The notes under the pieces are model-generated. The model was not told the origin of the DNA and searched no databases. It saw nothing but the letters and a program-made list of their open reading frames with translations. This document shows positions 45,565 through 56,482 of a stretch of 64,000 nucleotides of DNA, piece after piece. How positions within the stretch are numbered: the stretch's first letter is position 1; every line of letters starts with the position of its first letter. The stretch spans positions 39,380 through 103,379 of the forward strand of contig CAWEEP010000059.1 in assembly GCA_963808125.1 (NCBI GenBank). The letters are read 5' to 3'. This DNA comes from Candidatus Dormiibacterota bacterium (GTDB taxonomy: Bacteria; Chloroflexota; Dormibacteria; Aeolococcales; Aeolococcaceae). The translations under genes and the position numbers were made by a program.

Positions 45565-46770
45565 GTGGAGCCCATCTACCTCGACCATGCGGCCACCACG
45601 CCCCTCGACCCCGCCGTTCGCGAGGCCATGCTGCCCTGGCTGGGGGAGCGTTTCGGCAACCCGTCGTCGGTCCACAGCCTGGGCCGGAGGGCACGGGCGG
45701 CCGTCGACGAGTCTCGCGACCGCGTCGCCGCCGCGGCCGGATGCGCGGCGCGGGAGGTCACCTTCACCTCGGGCGGCACCGAGGCCGACAACCTGGCGCT
45801 CCGCGGCGTCCTCGACCGTTGGGGGGCGGAACGGGGCCGCCATCTGGTGGTGGGTGCGGTCGAGCACGAGGCCGTCCTGGCCACGGCGGAGGCCCTCGCC
45901 AGATCGGGGCGGGCCGAGCTGACGGTCATCGGTTGCGACCGCTTGGGTCGGATCGATCCGGCCGAGCTGGCCTCGGCTGTTCGGCGCGACACGGTCCTCG
46001 TCTCCGTGATGCTCGCCAACAACGAGGTCGGCACCCTGGAGGACGTGGCCGGGATCACGGCCGCGGTCCGCGTCCGGAATCCGCAGGTGCTGGTCCACAC
46101 GGACGCGGTGCAGGCACTAGGCCGCATCCCGGTGGGCCTCGCCGAGCTCGGCGTCGACCTCCTCAGCCTCAGCGCCCACAAGGCGTACGGCCCGCCGGGG
46201 GCGGGCGCCCTGGTCGTTCGCCACGGCGTCTTCCCGACGGCCCAGATCAGTGGCGGCGGCCAGGAGCGCGACCGGCGAAGCGGCACGGAGAACGTCGCCG
46301 GCCTGGTCGGCCTCGGGGTGGCCGCATGGCTGGCGGAGGAGCGTCGTGAGCCCGAGGCCTGGCGTGAGACCGCCCTCGCTGGTCGGTTGACCAACCTATT
46401 GACCGGGTCGATCCCTGGCATCCAGCCCACCGGGGACCCGGACCGCCGTCTGCCGGGCCTGGTGAGCTTCGCCGTCCCCGGCTGCCGCAGCGACCTCCTG
46501 CTCGCCGTGCTGGACGAGATAGGAATCTGCGCATCGGCGGGGAGCGCCTGCTCCAGCGGCGCCCCGGTGGCATCCCACGTCCTCGGCGCCATGGGCTATG
46601 GCGACCTTGCCGGGTGCGCTCTGCGTCTCAGCCTGGGTCACTCGACCACCGATGCCGACGTCGAGAACGCCGCCGGGCTGGTGGCCGCGGCGGTGTCCCG
46701 GGTGCGTTCAGGGGCGTTGGGCCGCGGCGCCGGGCGGGCCGGGGCAACCCCTTCCCTCGACCGGGTATAA
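45565..46770 (+). CDS. Cysteine desulfurase (class I, NifS/IscS-like)
   Basis: GTG at 45565 (VEPIYLDHAATTPLDPAVREAM…). …FTSGGTEADNLAL…, PLP lysine …LSLSAHKAYGPPGAGALV…, active-site loop …SAGSACSSGAP…. Confidence 0.85.
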   Translation: MEPIYLDHAATTPLDPAVREAMLPWLGERFGNPSSVHSLGRRARAAVDESRDRVAAAAGCAAREVTFTSGGTEADNLALRGVLDRWGAERGRHLVVGAVEHEAVLATAEALARSGRAELTVIGCDRLGRIDPAELASAVRRDTVLVSVMLANNEVGTLEDVAGITAAVRVRNPQVLVHTDAVQALGRIPVGLAELGVDLLSLSAHKAYGPPGAGALVVRHGVFPTAQISGGGQERDRRSGTENVAGLVGLGVAAWLAEERREPEAWRETALAGRLTNLLTGSIPGIQPTGDPDRRLPGLVSFAVPGCRSDLLLAVLDEIGICASAGSACSSGAPVASHVLGAMGYGDLAGCALRLSLGHSTTDADVENAAGLVAAAVSRVRSGALGRGAGRAGATPSLDRV

Positions 46771-46814
46771 TCCTGACCATGACGGTCGGGATTTCTCTTT
46801 CTGCCCCCTTCAGC

Positions 46815-47300
46815 ATGCGGGTGAGCTCCAAGGCTCACTACGGCCTCCGGATGATGACCGAGTTCGCCAAGGCGTACGGGGAAGGACCCGTGAGCCTCGC
46901 CGAGGTCTCCAAGAAGGAGCACCTTCCCCTCGCCTACCTCGAGCAGCTCGCGGCGCACCTGCGCCGGGGCGGCCTCGTCGATTCGACCAGGGGGGTGCGC
47001 GGCGGCTACCAGCTGACGCGAAGCCCTGCCTCGATCTCGGTCCTCGACGTCGTCAGAGTGGTGGAGGGCGAGGTGGCCCCGGTGGAGTGCGTCGCCCACG
47101 ATTACGTCCCCGGGACGTGCGTCCGCGAGGACGACTGCGCTTCCCAGTCCCTGTGGCGCCGGCTCAAGCAGTCCGTTGACGCCGTGCTCAGCCAGACCAC
47201 CCTGGACGAGCTGGTCGCCGACCACTCCCTGACCGACACGTTCGCCCCGCCTCCCAGCCTCCAGCGCGTGACCCGGCTCCGCGAGGTGGCCCATGTCTGA
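46815..47300 (+). CDS. Rrf2-family transcriptional regulator (IscR/SufR-like)
   Basis: ATG at 46815. MRVSSKAHYGLRMMTEFAK…PVSLAEVSKKEHLPLAYLEQLAAHLRRGGLVDSTRGVRGGYQLTRSP is an Rrf2 wHTH. Three Cys (…VECVAHDYVPGTCVREDDCAS…) suggest an Fe-S-sensing member. The 7-nt overlap with the sufC start suggests cotranscription. Confidence 0.8.
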   Translation: MRVSSKAHYGLRMMTEFAKAYGEGPVSLAEVSKKEHLPLAYLEQLAAHLRRGGLVDSTRGVRGGYQLTRSPASISVLDVVRVVEGEVAPVECVAHDYVPGTCVREDDCASQSLWRRLKQSVDAVLSQTTLDELVADHSLTDTFAPPPSLQRVTRLREVAHV

Positions 47301-48069
47301 GACCGCCGAGCTCCGCGTCGACGGCCTCCACGTTGCCGTCGAGGGCAAGGAGATCCTTCACGGCGTGGACCTTCGGGTTCCCGTCGGCGAGGTGCACGCC
47401 CTGATGGGGCCCAACGGCTCCGGCAAGTCCACGCTCGCCTACACCCTGATGGGGCATCCGAAGTACGCCGTGACCGCAGGTGCGGCCAGCTTCGACGGGG
47501 AGGACCTCCTGGCCCTCACCCCCGACAAGCGGGCGAAGCTCGGCATCTTCCTGTCCTTCCAGTACCCCACCGCCATCCCCGGCGTGACCACCGTCAACTT
47601 CCTCCGCGCCTCGCTGCGGTCACTGGGCCGTGAGCTCCCCGCCCGGGAGTTCATCCAGCGCCTCGGCGAGGAGATGGAGGCCCTGCGCATCGATCCGAGC
47701 TTCCGCTCGCGCTACATCAACGACGGGTTCTCCGGCGGGGAGAAGAAGCGCGCCGAGATCCTCCAACTGGCGATGCTCGAGCCTCGGCTGGCCATCCTCG
47801 ACGAGACCAACTCGGGTCTGGACGTGGACGCCCTACGCACCGTCGCCGAGGGCGTCGGCCGGGTGATGCAGCGCAAGGAGCGCCGCATGGGCGTCCTCCT
47901 CATCACCCACTACTGCCGCATCCTCGACTACCTCACCCCGGACCGGGTGCACATCCTCCACCAGGGCCAGGTCATCCTGAGCGGCGGCCCGGAGCTGGCC
48001 CAACAGGTCGAGCGCGACGGCTACGACCCCTTCATCGGCGCCCTCAGCGCCGTCGCACAGGCGGGCTAA
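47293..48069 (+). CDS. sufC: Fe-S cluster assembly ATPase SufC
   Basis: Walker [13 protein letters not shown] signature FSGGEKKR, Walker [14 protein letters not shown]-loop ITHY. Confidence 0.95.
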   Translation: MSETAELRVDGLHVAVEGKEILHGVDLRVPVGEVHALMGPNGSGKSTLAYTLMGHPKYAVTAGAASFDGEDLLALTPDKRAKLGIFLSFQYPTAIPGVTTVNFLRASLRSLGRELPAREFIQRLGEEMEALRIDPSFRSRYINDGFSGGEKKRAEILQLAMLEPRLAILDETNSGLDVDALRTVAEGVGRVMQRKERRMGVLLITHYCRILDYLTPDRVHILHQGQVILSGGPELAQQVERDGYDPFIGALSAVAQAG

Positions 48070-48071
48070 GC

Positions 48072-49472
48072 ATGGCCATCAAGGCGCGCGAGCTGACGAA
48101 GGACTACAAGTACGGATTCCACGACGTCGACGTCTCCGTCTTCCGCACCGAGAAGGGGATCTCCCCGGAGGTGGTCGCCGCCATCTCCCAGCACAAGGGC
48201 GAGCCGGCGTGGATGCTCAAGTTCCGCCTCAAGGCGCTCGAGCACTTCTTCAAGCGGCCCATGCCCACCTGGGGCGCCGACCTGTCCGGCATCGACTTCG
48301 ACAACATCTATTACTACGTCAAGCCCGTCGACGAGATGGGCCGAACCTGGGACGACGTCCCCATCTCCATCAGGGAGACCTTCGACAAGCTGGGCATCCC
48401 CGAGGCGGAGAGGAACTTCCTGGCAGGGGTCTCAGCCCAGTACGACTCCGAGGTCGTCTACCACAACATCCGCGAGGACCTCAACAAGCTGGGCGTCATC
48501 TTCAGCGACTGCGACACGGGGCTGCGCGAGCACGAGGACATCTTCAAGCGCTACTTCGGCACGATCATCCCGCCCAACGACAACAAGTTCGCCGCTCTCA
48601 ACAGCGCGGTGTGGTCGGGCGGCTCGTTCGTCTACGTTCCGGCCGGAGTGCGCGTCGACGTCCCGCTGCAGGCATACTTCCGCATCAACAGCGACAACAT
48701 GGGGCAGTTCGAGCGGACCCTCATCATCGCCGGGGAGGGCTCCTACGTCCATTACATCGAGGGCTGCACCGCCCCCACCTACTCCAGCGACTCGCTCCAC
48801 GCCGCGGTGGTGGAGATCATCGCCGAGCGTGGCGCCCACGTCCGCTACACCACCATCCAGAACTGGTCGGACAACGTCTACAACCTGGTGACCAAGCGGG
48901 CCGTCGCCAAGGAGGACGCCACGGTCGAGTGGATCGACGGCAACCTCGGCTCCAAGATCACCATGAAGTACCCCTCGATCTACCTGATGGGGGAGCGGGC
49001 CCACGGTGAGATCCTCTCCGCCGCCTTCGCCGGCAACGGCCAGCATCAGGATGCCGGCAGCAAGTGCATCCACGTCGCCCCCAACACCACCAGCAACGTG
49101 GTCAGCCGCTCCATCTCCAAGGGCACCGGGCGCACCTCCTATCGCGGTCACATCAAGGTGCTGGCCAAGGCGACCAACGTCAAGGCCAATGTCCGCTGTG
49201 ACGCGCTGCTCCTCGACGAGGAGTCGCGGAGCGACACCTACCCCTACATGGATATTGACAATCCTGACGTGAACTTTGGGCACGAGGCGACGGTGTCGAA
49301 GGTGGGTGAGGAGCAGATCTTCTACCTGCAGTCGCGCGGCATCGACGAGCAGGAGGCCACCGCCCTCATCGTCAACGGCTTCTTCGAGCCCTTCGTCAAG
49401 GAGCTGCCGATGGAATACGCCGTCGAGCTCAACCGGCTCCTCGCACTCTCCATGGAGGGGTCCATCGGGTGA
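48072..49472 (+). CDS. sufB: Fe-S cluster assembly scaffold SufB
   Basis: 466 aa. …[17 protein letters not shown]…, …[21 protein letters not shown]…, …[26 protein letters not shown]… are SufB signatures. Confidence 0.95.
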   Translation: MAIKARELTKDYKYGFHDVDVSVFRTEKGISPEVVAAISQHKGEPAWMLKFRLKALEHFFKRPMPTWGADLSGIDFDNIYYYVKPVDEMGRTWDDVPISIRETFDKLGIPEAERNFLAGVSAQYDSEVVYHNIREDLNKLGVIFSDCDTGLREHEDIFKRYFGTIIPPNDNKFAALNSAVWSGGSFVYVPAGVRVDVPLQAYFRINSDNMGQFERTLIIAGEGSYVHYIEGCTAPTYSSDSLHAAVVEIIAERGAHVRYTTIQNWSDNVYNLVTKRAVAKEDATVEWIDGNLGSKITMKYPSIYLMGERAHGEILSAAFAGNGQHQDAGSKCIHVAPNTTSNVVSRSISKGTGRTSYRGHIKVLAKATNVKANVRCDALLLDEESRSDTYPYMDIDNPDVNFGHEATVSKVGEEQIFYLQSRGIDEQEATALIVNGFFEPFVKELPMEYAVELNRLLALSMEGSIG

Positions 49473-49488
49473 CCCGGGGGCCGCAGCG

Positions 49489-50829
49489 ATGACCGAGGCC
49501 ACCGCCACCGCCGCCGCAGTGAGCCGCGAGACACTGGACGCACGGCTGGCCCGCAGCCCGGGCTGGCTCGCCGACCGCCGCAGCGCCGCGTGGGACGCCT
49601 TCACAGGCCTGTCCTTCCCGTCTGCTGCACGCGACGAGGATTGGCGGCGCACCGACATCTCCGAGCTCCACCTGGAACGCTTCGGCCCTTCCGGCCCGGC
49701 GGCCGAAGAGGTGGTGGCGCTGGCTCGCCGACGCCATGCGGAGGCGATGCCCGGAGCGGCCCTGGTCCTCAGCGGTCCGGACGGCGCGACGTCGATGGAG
49801 AACGCGGAGTTCCTCCTCGCCCAGGGGGTGATCGTGTCCTCCCTGGAGGACGCCGCCACCCGGCACCCCGAGCTGGTGCAGCGGGGGCTGGCGTCCGTCG
49901 GGACCGGCGAGTCCTACTTCACGGTCCTCTGGAACGCGCTGTGGTGCGGGGGGGTCTTCGTCTACGTCCCACACGGCGTCGAGGCGATGACACCGCTGTG
50001 GATCGGCCACCTGGCGGCGGGTGAGGGGGCTGCCGCCTTCCCCGCCACCGTCGTGGTGGTCGAGGAGCGCGCCTCGCTCACTCTGGTCGAAGACCTCGTG
50101 GCCCTGCGCGAGGCCGGCCCCAGCCTCAGCGTCGCCGTGACCGCCCTGGGCCTGGCGGCCGAGGCCCGAGTGGACGACATCGCAGTCCAGCATCTGTCGG
50201 CCGAGGCCTGGCATTTCGCCACTCGCCGGGCCAGCTGCGACCGCTCCGCACACTACCGCCTCTTCGGCGCAACCCTCGGGGCCCGAACGCAGAAGGCTTA
50301 TTGGGACGTCTTGCTGGACGGGGATGGTGCCGAGGCGGACATCTTCGGCGTCTGCTTCGCCGGCGGCGACCAGCACCTCGACCACCAGTCGCTGCAGGTC
50401 CACCGCGGCCGCGACACCAGAAGCAACCTCCTCCTCAAGGTGGCCGCCAGGGACCGTGCCCACAGCGTCTACAGCGGCTTGATCGATGTCCTCCCCTCGG
50501 CGGTCCACGCCGACGGCTACGTGGCCAACCGCAACCTCCTGCTCAGCCACGGCTCCGGCGCCAGCGGAGTGCCTCGCTTGGAGATCAAGGCGAACGACGT
50601 CCGCTGCGGGCATGGCACCACGGTCGGCCACGTCGACGACGAGGAGCGTTTCTACCTGATGGCCCGCGGCGTCCCTGCGGACGAGGCCGAGCGGCTGATC
50701 GTGCGCGGCTTCTTCGCCGACGTGCTCGATCGCGTCCCGGTCGAGACGGCGAGGGATTGGCTCGTGGAGCTCATGAACGCCGAGATCGGCCAGGGGCCGG
50801 GTCAGGCCGCCGCGGAGGCGCTGGCGTGA
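49489..50829 (+). CDS. sufD: Fe-S cluster assembly protein SufD
   Basis: ATG at 49489. The SufBD C-terminal beta-helix region …HQSLQVHRGRDTRSNLLLKVAARDRAHSVYSGLIDV…GHGTTVGHVDDEERFYLMARG… has the SufD pattern. The upstream 71 codons of the ORF overlap sufB in another frame and are rejected. Confidence 0.85.
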   Translation: MTEATATAAAVSRETLDARLARSPGWLADRRSAAWDAFTGLSFPSAARDEDWRRTDISELHLERFGPSGPAAEEVVALARRRHAEAMPGAALVLSGPDGATSMENAEFLLAQGVIVSSLEDAATRHPELVQRGLASVGTGESYFTVLWNALWCGGVFVYVPHGVEAMTPLWIGHLAAGEGAAAFPATVVVVEERASLTLVEDLVALREAGPSLSVAVTALGLAAEARVDDIAVQHLSAEAWHFATRRASCDRSAHYRLFGATLGARTQKAYWDVLLDGDGAEADIFGVCFAGGDQHLDHQSLQVHRGRDTRSNLLLKVAARDRAHSVYSGLIDVLPSAVHADGYVANRNLLLSHGSGASGVPRLEIKANDVRCGHGTTVGHVDDEERFYLMARGVPADEAERLIVRGFFADVLDRVPVETARDWLVELMNAEIGQGPGQAAAEALA

Positions 50830-51152
50830 TTGTCCGCGACTGGGTAGAGGTGGGGGACATCGCCGACCTCCCCCCCGGCCAGGCCCTGCGGGTGGTGGTC
50901 GGCGACGTTCCCCTGGCCGTCTTCAACGTCCTGGGCACGCTCCACTGCATCGACGACACCTGCACCCATGAGAAGGCATCGCTAAGCGACGGCGACATCG
51001 ACATCGACCGCTGCGCGGTCGAGTGCCCGTTGCACGGCTCCGTTTTCGACCTGATGACCGGCGACGCCGTCAGCCTGCCGGCCGTGGAGCCCGTGCGCGT
51101 CCATCATGTGGAGGTCGCGGATGGGATGATCCGCATCTCCCTCGGCGAATGA
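50826..51152 (+). CDS. Rieske [2Fe-2S] domain protein (ferredoxin-like) within the suf cluster
   Basis: GTG at 50826 overlapping the sufD stop (GTGA). CxH…CxxH boxes are CIDDTCTHE…CAVECPLHGSVFD. Confidence 0.8.
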   Translation: MIVRDWVEVGDIADLPPGQALRVVVGDVPLAVFNVLGTLHCIDDTCTHEKASLSDGDIDIDRCAVECPLHGSVFDLMTGDAVSLPAVEPVRVHHVEVADGMIRISLGE

Positions 51153-51159
51153 AGCGACC

Positions 51160-52414
51160 GTGACCACCCGCGGCGATCCCCTCTCCAACTCGGCGCTGGA
51201 CGTCCAGCGCATCCGGGCCGACTTCCCGATCCTGGCACGCGAGGTCAACGGCAGTTCCCTCGTCTACCTCGAACTCGGCGGCGACGTCGCAGAAGCCGGT
51301 TCAGGTCCTGGAGGCGGTGGACGCCTACTACGGCCGGAGCAACGCCAACGTCCACCGCGGTGTGCACCAGCTCGCCAGCGAGGCGACCGACGTCTTCGAG
51401 CAGTCAAGGGAGAGGGTGGCGCGCTTCATCGACGCCGACCCGGCGGGGCTCGTCTTCGTGCGCAACACCACCGAGGCCCTGAACTTGGTGGCGAGCTCGT
51501 ACGCCCGGGAGCTCCTCTCCCCCGGTGATCGCCTTGTGCTGAGCGTCACCGAGCACCACAGCAACCTGGTGCCGTGGCAGCTCGCCGCGCAGCGCTCCCG
51601 TCTCCTCCTGGCTTTCATCGGCCTGGGCGACGACGGCCGCCTCGACCTCTCCAATCTCGACGAGCTCCTCGCCCCCCCCACCCGTCTGCTCAGCCTCACC
51701 CAGCAGTCGAACGTCCTGGGCACCATCAACGACGTCGCCGCCATCACCCGTGAGGCCCACGCGCAAGGCGTTCTCGTCTGTGTCGACGCCGCGCAGTCGG
51801 TCCCCCACATGCGGGTCTCGGTGCGCGAGCTGGGGGTAGACTTCCTGGCCTTCTCCGGCCACAAGATGTGCGGTCCGATGGGGATCGGCGCTCTCTGGGC
51901 CCGGCCCGAGCTGCTGGAACGCATGCCGCCCTACCAGGGGGGCGGGGGGATGATCTTCAAGGTCGAGCTCGAAAGCTCGTCGTGGGATGAGATCCCCCAC
52001 AAGTTCGAGGCGGGGACCCCCGATGTCGCTTCGGCGGCCGGCCTCGCCGCCGCCTGCGACTACCTGGACGTGGTGGGCATGGAGAGCATCCACGCTCACG
52101 AACGGGCGCTGGTGCGGCACATGCTCGATGTCCTCGACGAGTTGGGTGCCACCGTCTACGGGCCGCGTGACCTCGTCGTCCACGGTGGTTCCGTCAGCTT
52201 CAACATCGCCGACGTCCACCCTCACGACACCGGCACCATCCTCGACCGCGAGGGCATCGCCGTCCGAGCGGGGCACCATTGCTGCCAGCCGCTGATGCGG
52301 CGTCTGGGTGTGGCCGCCACGACACGCGCCTCGGTGTACCTCTACACCAGCCATGAAGAGATCGACCGGCTCGGCGAGGGCCTGGCCGAGGTGCGGCGGG
52401 TCTTCAGGGTCTGA
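51160..52414 (+). CDS. sufS: Cysteine desulfurase SufS (class II); frame broken once near nt 51270-51276
   Basis: N-terminal MTTRGDPLSNSALDVQRIRADFPILAREVNGSSLVYL on one frame, then …ATSQKPVQVLEAVDAYYGRSNANVHRGVHQLASEAT…FSGHKMCGPMGIGALW…RAGHHCCQPLMRRLGV… on the next. A single-base loss at ctcgaa|ctcgg is inferred. Confidence 0.85.
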
Positions 52415-52690
52415 CCGGTCGGGTCAGCCCTTCCCGGGTGGGCGCGAGCGCAGCAGCCTGCGCACCACTCGGCCCATCCTCCTCAGTGGATGACGCGGGC
52501 CTCTCACCGGCTCGGAGCCCCCGCCTCCATTGCCGGCCCGGCGGCCGCGCCCCGTTGCGGAGGCGGTTGTGGCGGGCACGCTGGGGTCGTCCCCTGAGAG
52601 GCTCCGGATCTCGACCTCCACGCGCAGTGGTGTGCCACCACGCTGCCCGAACCAGCCCACGGGCTCCTGCACCATGTCCCATTCCAGGAC

Positions 52691-53789
52691 CTACGCACCA
52701 GGCTGCGGCGGAGCCGCCACGTGGGCTGTGAGCACCACCGTCTCGTCCGGGGCCACCCTTTGCGGAAGCCAGCTCCGCACCCCGTCGTGGACGACCTCCT
52801 CACCATCCCGCCACCAGTGGTACGAGACGTGGATCGGGCCCGGAGCACCGCCGGTGTCCCAGACACCGTCGCTCGTGTTGCGCACGGTGAGATGAGCCAG
52901 GTGGGCGCTTTCCCGGGCCATGACCCTGGGCGTGTCGTGGCCCAGGAAGGCGACGCCGCAGTCGGTGAGAAGGAGTGAGCTGCGCCTGGCCGACGTCGTC
53001 ATGTCGACCGTCGAGGTCACCAGTGCCGCTGCCGATGGCGCGGCGGCTGATTCAGCTCGTGCCACTGGCGCCGGTGCCCGGCGCGCCGCGAGCATCGCCT
53101 CGGCGAAATCGATCACCGTGAGCTCGGCTGCGGGAACGACCGCTTCCGCGGCGGAGCGCTCCTCGAAGAGGTAGTACTCCTTACAGGCTCCGTGATACCG
53201 CTCCCAGACCTTGCGCTCCCGCTGCTCCCGGGTGCACCAAAGAAGGTCGAGATGGTAGAAGGGCGCCTCGTCCTGATCGAGCACCTTTCCCGCGCCCAGA
53301 ACCGTCGTGGCAGTGTGCATCTCCGGCGAGTGCCAGAAGATGCTGGGGATGTTGCGGAAGAGCCGAAGGCAGGGGTCGTATCCCCACGGAGACTGGGTCA
53401 ACCAGCCGAGCCGCCCGTCAGCCTGGCGGATGAGCCTTCGGCGGTCGAAGTAGTAGTGGGTGAGCTCCGGCGCGTCGAGCAGGCGAGGGAGACTCGCCGC
53501 GAATTCGGGGCCCATGAACTCGTCGTCGTCGAGGTGGAGGATCCATCCGCCGCCTGCCTGATGGAATATCCAATTGGCGGCGGCGGCGTTCGAAGTCCCC
53601 ATCCGGATGCTCGACCAGGTAGGTGCGATCGGCGACGCGGCGAGCGATCGCCTCGGTGGCATCGTCGGACGACGCGTCGATGGCGATGACGATCTCGTCG
53701 GCATAGGCGCGGACGGCTCCCGCCCACAACTCCAGGGAGGCGGCGGAGTTTCGGGTGAGGCTGCAGACAGTGAGCCGGGACGGCGTCAT
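52691..53789 (-). CDS. Family-2 glycosyltransferase, antisense to and splitting sufS from sufU; frame broken once near nt 53585-53592
   Basis: ATG rc at about 53789 (MTPSRLTVCSLTRNSAASLELWAGAVRAYADEIVIAIDASSDDATEAIARRVADRTYLVEH…) gives the GT2 N-terminal A-domain. It continues in the 52691 frame …WIFHQAGGGWILHLDDDEF… (DxD) …FYHLDLLWCTREQRE…. The upstream 181 codons of the 304-aa ORF are rejected. Confidence 0.65.
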
Positions 53790-54185
53790 GGCGCAACGCG
53801 GCGGGCCGACGGGGTGCCGCCTCCACTCTGCCGCGCCGGCTGAGATGACCGCATCAACCGCTCGCGGTCGGAGTCCGTGCCGCCGTCCGTTTGGCAAGTC
53901 GGCGACAGAGAGGACACGCCTGCCGTCGTCAGGACCATCCGATGGCTCCATTGGGTGTCGTGACCCGCTCAGGGGTGGAGTGAAGTATGCATTCGCGATT
54001 TCGCCACCCGCTGCTGAGTGCCGCCGGTGTGAGCGCGCTTGCCCGCGCCGAGCACAAGGGGCACGTGGGAGATCGAGGGACGGAGGCCTGTCCGGCCCGT
54101 CTGGTAGGCGACACCGCAACGCCGGCGAGAGGCTTGTCCGGACCCGTCCAGGGGTTGAGCCCCGCGGCTGCGTACAATTCTGAGC

Positions 54186-54638
54186 ATGGCAGTCGGATAT
54201 ACCCCCGTCGACGACGACCTCTATCGCGAGATCATCCTCGACCATTACCGCAATCCCCGCCGCCGCGGCGAGGTGAATCCGGCCGACGGCGCCCTCGAGG
54301 CGGACAACCCGCTGTGCGGCGATGAAATCCACCTGACCTGGCGCCTAGACGGCGAGGGGAAGGCGGAGGTCGCCTTCACCGGCAGGGGTTGCTCGATCAG
54401 CCAGGCTGCGGCGAGCATGCTCTGCGAGGGCTGCAACGGAAGAAGCCGTGAGGAGGCGGTCAGCTTGGCCCGACGCTATCGGGAGATGTTGGTGGCGGAC
54501 GGTGGGACCGGCGAGCTCGGCGATCTCGAGGCCCTCCAGGGTGTGCGGGCGTACCCCGTCCGCGTCAAGTGCGCCACCCTCGCCTGCAACGCCATCCTCC
54601 GCGCCCTGGACACCCCGACAGAAGGAGACGCCGCATGA
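54186..54638 (+). CDS. sufU: SUF-system zinc-dependent sulfurtransferase / scaffold SufU (NifU-like N-domain)
   Basis: …YRNPRRRGEVNPADGALEADNPLCGDEIHLTWRL…FTGRGCSISQAAASML…VKCATLACNAI… gives the three conserved Cys plus the Asp of SufU. Confidence 0.85.
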   Translation: MAVGYTPVDDDLYREIILDHYRNPRRRGEVNPADGALEADNPLCGDEIHLTWRLDGEGKAEVAFTGRGCSISQAAASMLCEGCNGRSREEAVSLARRYREMLVADGGTGELGDLEALQGVRAYPVRVKCATLACNAILRALDTPTEGDAA

Positions 54639-55012
54639 GCGACATCCGGACCGACGCCGCCCCGGCCGTCTCGCCCGCCACCGCCGCCGCAGGGAGCGAG
54701 ACGCTGAAGGCCTCCGAGGAGATGATCAGGGACGCCCTCGCCGAGGTCTACGACCCGGAGATCGGCATCGACATCGTCTCCCTCGGGCTCATTTATGGCA
54801 CCGAGGTTGACGACGTCGGCCTGCTCACGGTCGACATGACCCTGACCTCGCCGTTCTGCCCCCTGGGCAGCATCCTCCAAGCCCAGATCCACGCCGTCTG
54901 CGCCACTCTCCCCGGCGTCGATGACGTTCGGGTGAACCTCGTCTGGGTCCCGCCGTGGGATCCCCGGACGATGGCGTCGGACGAGGCCAGGCTGGAGCTC
55001 GGCATCTATTGA
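54635..55012 (+). CDS. sufT: DUF59/MIP18-family Fe-S assembly protein SufT
   Basis: ATG overlapping the sufU stop (ATGA). …IRDALAEVYDPEIGIDIVSLGLIYGTEVDD…LTSPFCPLGSILQ… is the DUF59 signature with the conserved Cys. Confidence 0.8.
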   Translation: MSDIRTDAAPAVSPATAAAGSETLKASEEMIRDALAEVYDPEIGIDIVSLGLIYGTEVDDVGLLTVDMTLTSPFCPLGSILQAQIHAVCATLPGVDDVRVNLVWVPPWDPRTMASDEARLELGIY

Positions 55013-55056
55013 GCCGGCGCCACCCAGCCGTGAGCCCCCGCAGCTAGCGACGCGGG

Positions 55057-55440
55057 ATGTCTGCGGTGCCCGAGCGGCTCTACGACAAGCGCCAGGCCGA
55101 CGCGGTGCTGCCCCGTCTCCGAGAGCTGATTGGCGATCTGCAGACTGCGGCTGCCTCGGATGCGGCGCTGGTCGCCCGCGAGAATCTCGCCGCGGCGGGC
55201 CGCTCCAACGGCTCGGCGGCGGCCGCGGCGGCGGCGAGCAGCGCGGTGGCCGAGATCGGTGCCGCTCTCGATGAGATCGATCGCCTCGGCGTCATCCTCC
55301 GCGACGCCGCGACCGGCCTGTGCGACTTCCCTGCGAATCGGGGGGGCGATGACGTCTATCTGTGCTGGAAGCTGGGCGAGGACGAGGTGGGCTGGTGGCA
55401 CCCACGAGACGTCGGCATCGCGGGACGCCGCCCGCTGTAA
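55057..55440 (+). CDS. DUF2203-family protein
   Basis: …LGVILRDAATGLCDFPANRGGDDVYLCWKLGEDEVGWWHPRDVG… is the motif I associate with DUF2203. Otherwise it is Ala-rich and low-complexity. Confidence 0.5.
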   Translation: MSAVPERLYDKRQADAVLPRLRELIGDLQTAAASDAALVARENLAAAGRSNGSAAAAAAASSAVAEIGAALDEIDRLGVILRDAATGLCDFPANRGGDDVYLCWKLGEDEVGWWHPRDVGIAGRRPL

Positions 55441-55468
55441 CCGCGTCCGCGGAGCCCGGAGCAGCGTT

Positions 55469-55980
55469 TCACGGCCACGGGGAATCGGGCCAGTCGGCCC
55501 AGAGGGTAAGCGGGCCTGACGTGGCTTCGGGCGGCCCCAGCGCGTCGTTGAACAAGTTCATGACCGGACCGCTTCCACTGTGTGAGCTGTCCACGATAAC
55601 CAACCGGATGTGGTACCTGGACATGGTGGTCCTGGTCGCCGCCACCAGCTCGGAGTTGACCGGAAGCTTCGGTCCGTTCCCAAGGGGAAGCCCTCCTGGG
55701 CGGCGAGAAACTGCTGTAGACCCGAGGGGTTCATGCGGCCCGGCACGGGCGTTCCGGTGCCGTCGGGACCCCGGATGCAGACATAGCCGCCGAGGAGGCG
55801 GAAGTTGAAGCCGTCCGTGGCCTGCCAGAGCATTGGCTCGGTGACGGATGCGGCGTCATACGGGTACGTGATGGTCACCGGGTCTCCTGCTGGAATCGCT
55901 CGACTGAGAGTTGCCGGGAGCGGAGACCCCACCGCCGTCACATAGGGCCAGTTCGGCAGTTGAGTGACGCCCAGGGCCAC
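55469..55980 (-). CDS. Hypothetical protein; frame broken once near nt 55681-55692
   Basis: …LWQATDGFNFRLLGGYVCIRGPDGTGTPVPGRMNPSGLQQFLAAQEGFPLG on the 55558 frame. It continues …GPKLPVNSELVAATRTTMSRYHIRLVIVDSSHSGSGPVMNLFNDALGPPEATSGPLTLWADWPDSPWP* on the next frame, down to 55469. No family recognised. Confidence 0.3.
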
Positions 55981-56482
55981 GCGTCGGGTGGTCGGCGCCG
56001 GGATGGAGGGCCGGGGCTTGAGCTGGCTGGCGTTAGCCCTTGGTCACCTCCACGAGGGACTCGGCGGCTGTTCGGCATCGTCGCCGGGGAACCCCGCCAC
56101 CGCGCGAGGTGGGTCTTGGGAGCGAAGGCTGTAGCCTCGGCCTCGGCGCTCCCGGTACACTGTCAGAAGCGTCTCCGGCCCACCGTCTCACCGCACCTTC
56201 TGAACGACGCTTCGCGGTCCTGAGGCGATGCGGCACTCCAAGAAAAGGAGGGTCATGCCGATGAATGATTGCCCAAGTACAGGCTTACAGCCGACCAGCG
56301 CCGGAGGCGTTTGCTGATCGCCGAAAGCCGGACCATGTGAGACGCGATCGCTGACAGCGATCGGGGCGTCTCCGAGCGCTCGACGGGGTGTCCACCGCAC
56401 AGGTGGGCGCCCCGTTGTCGTTTCCGTCGGCTCGCCGGACGGGACCGCGCCCGCCCGTTGCGGCCGGGCCCAGAAGATCCCC

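Noticed and set aside
48432-50631. 475-aa and 400-aa minus-strand ORFs
   Set aside because: They are antisense to sufB and sufD, which are unambiguous.
55981-56482. Roughly 500-nt stretch with only short overlapping ORFs in several frames
   Set aside because: No frame shows protein-like composition or motifs. It is left unannotated. It could hide a small RNA or a badly frameshifted small gene.
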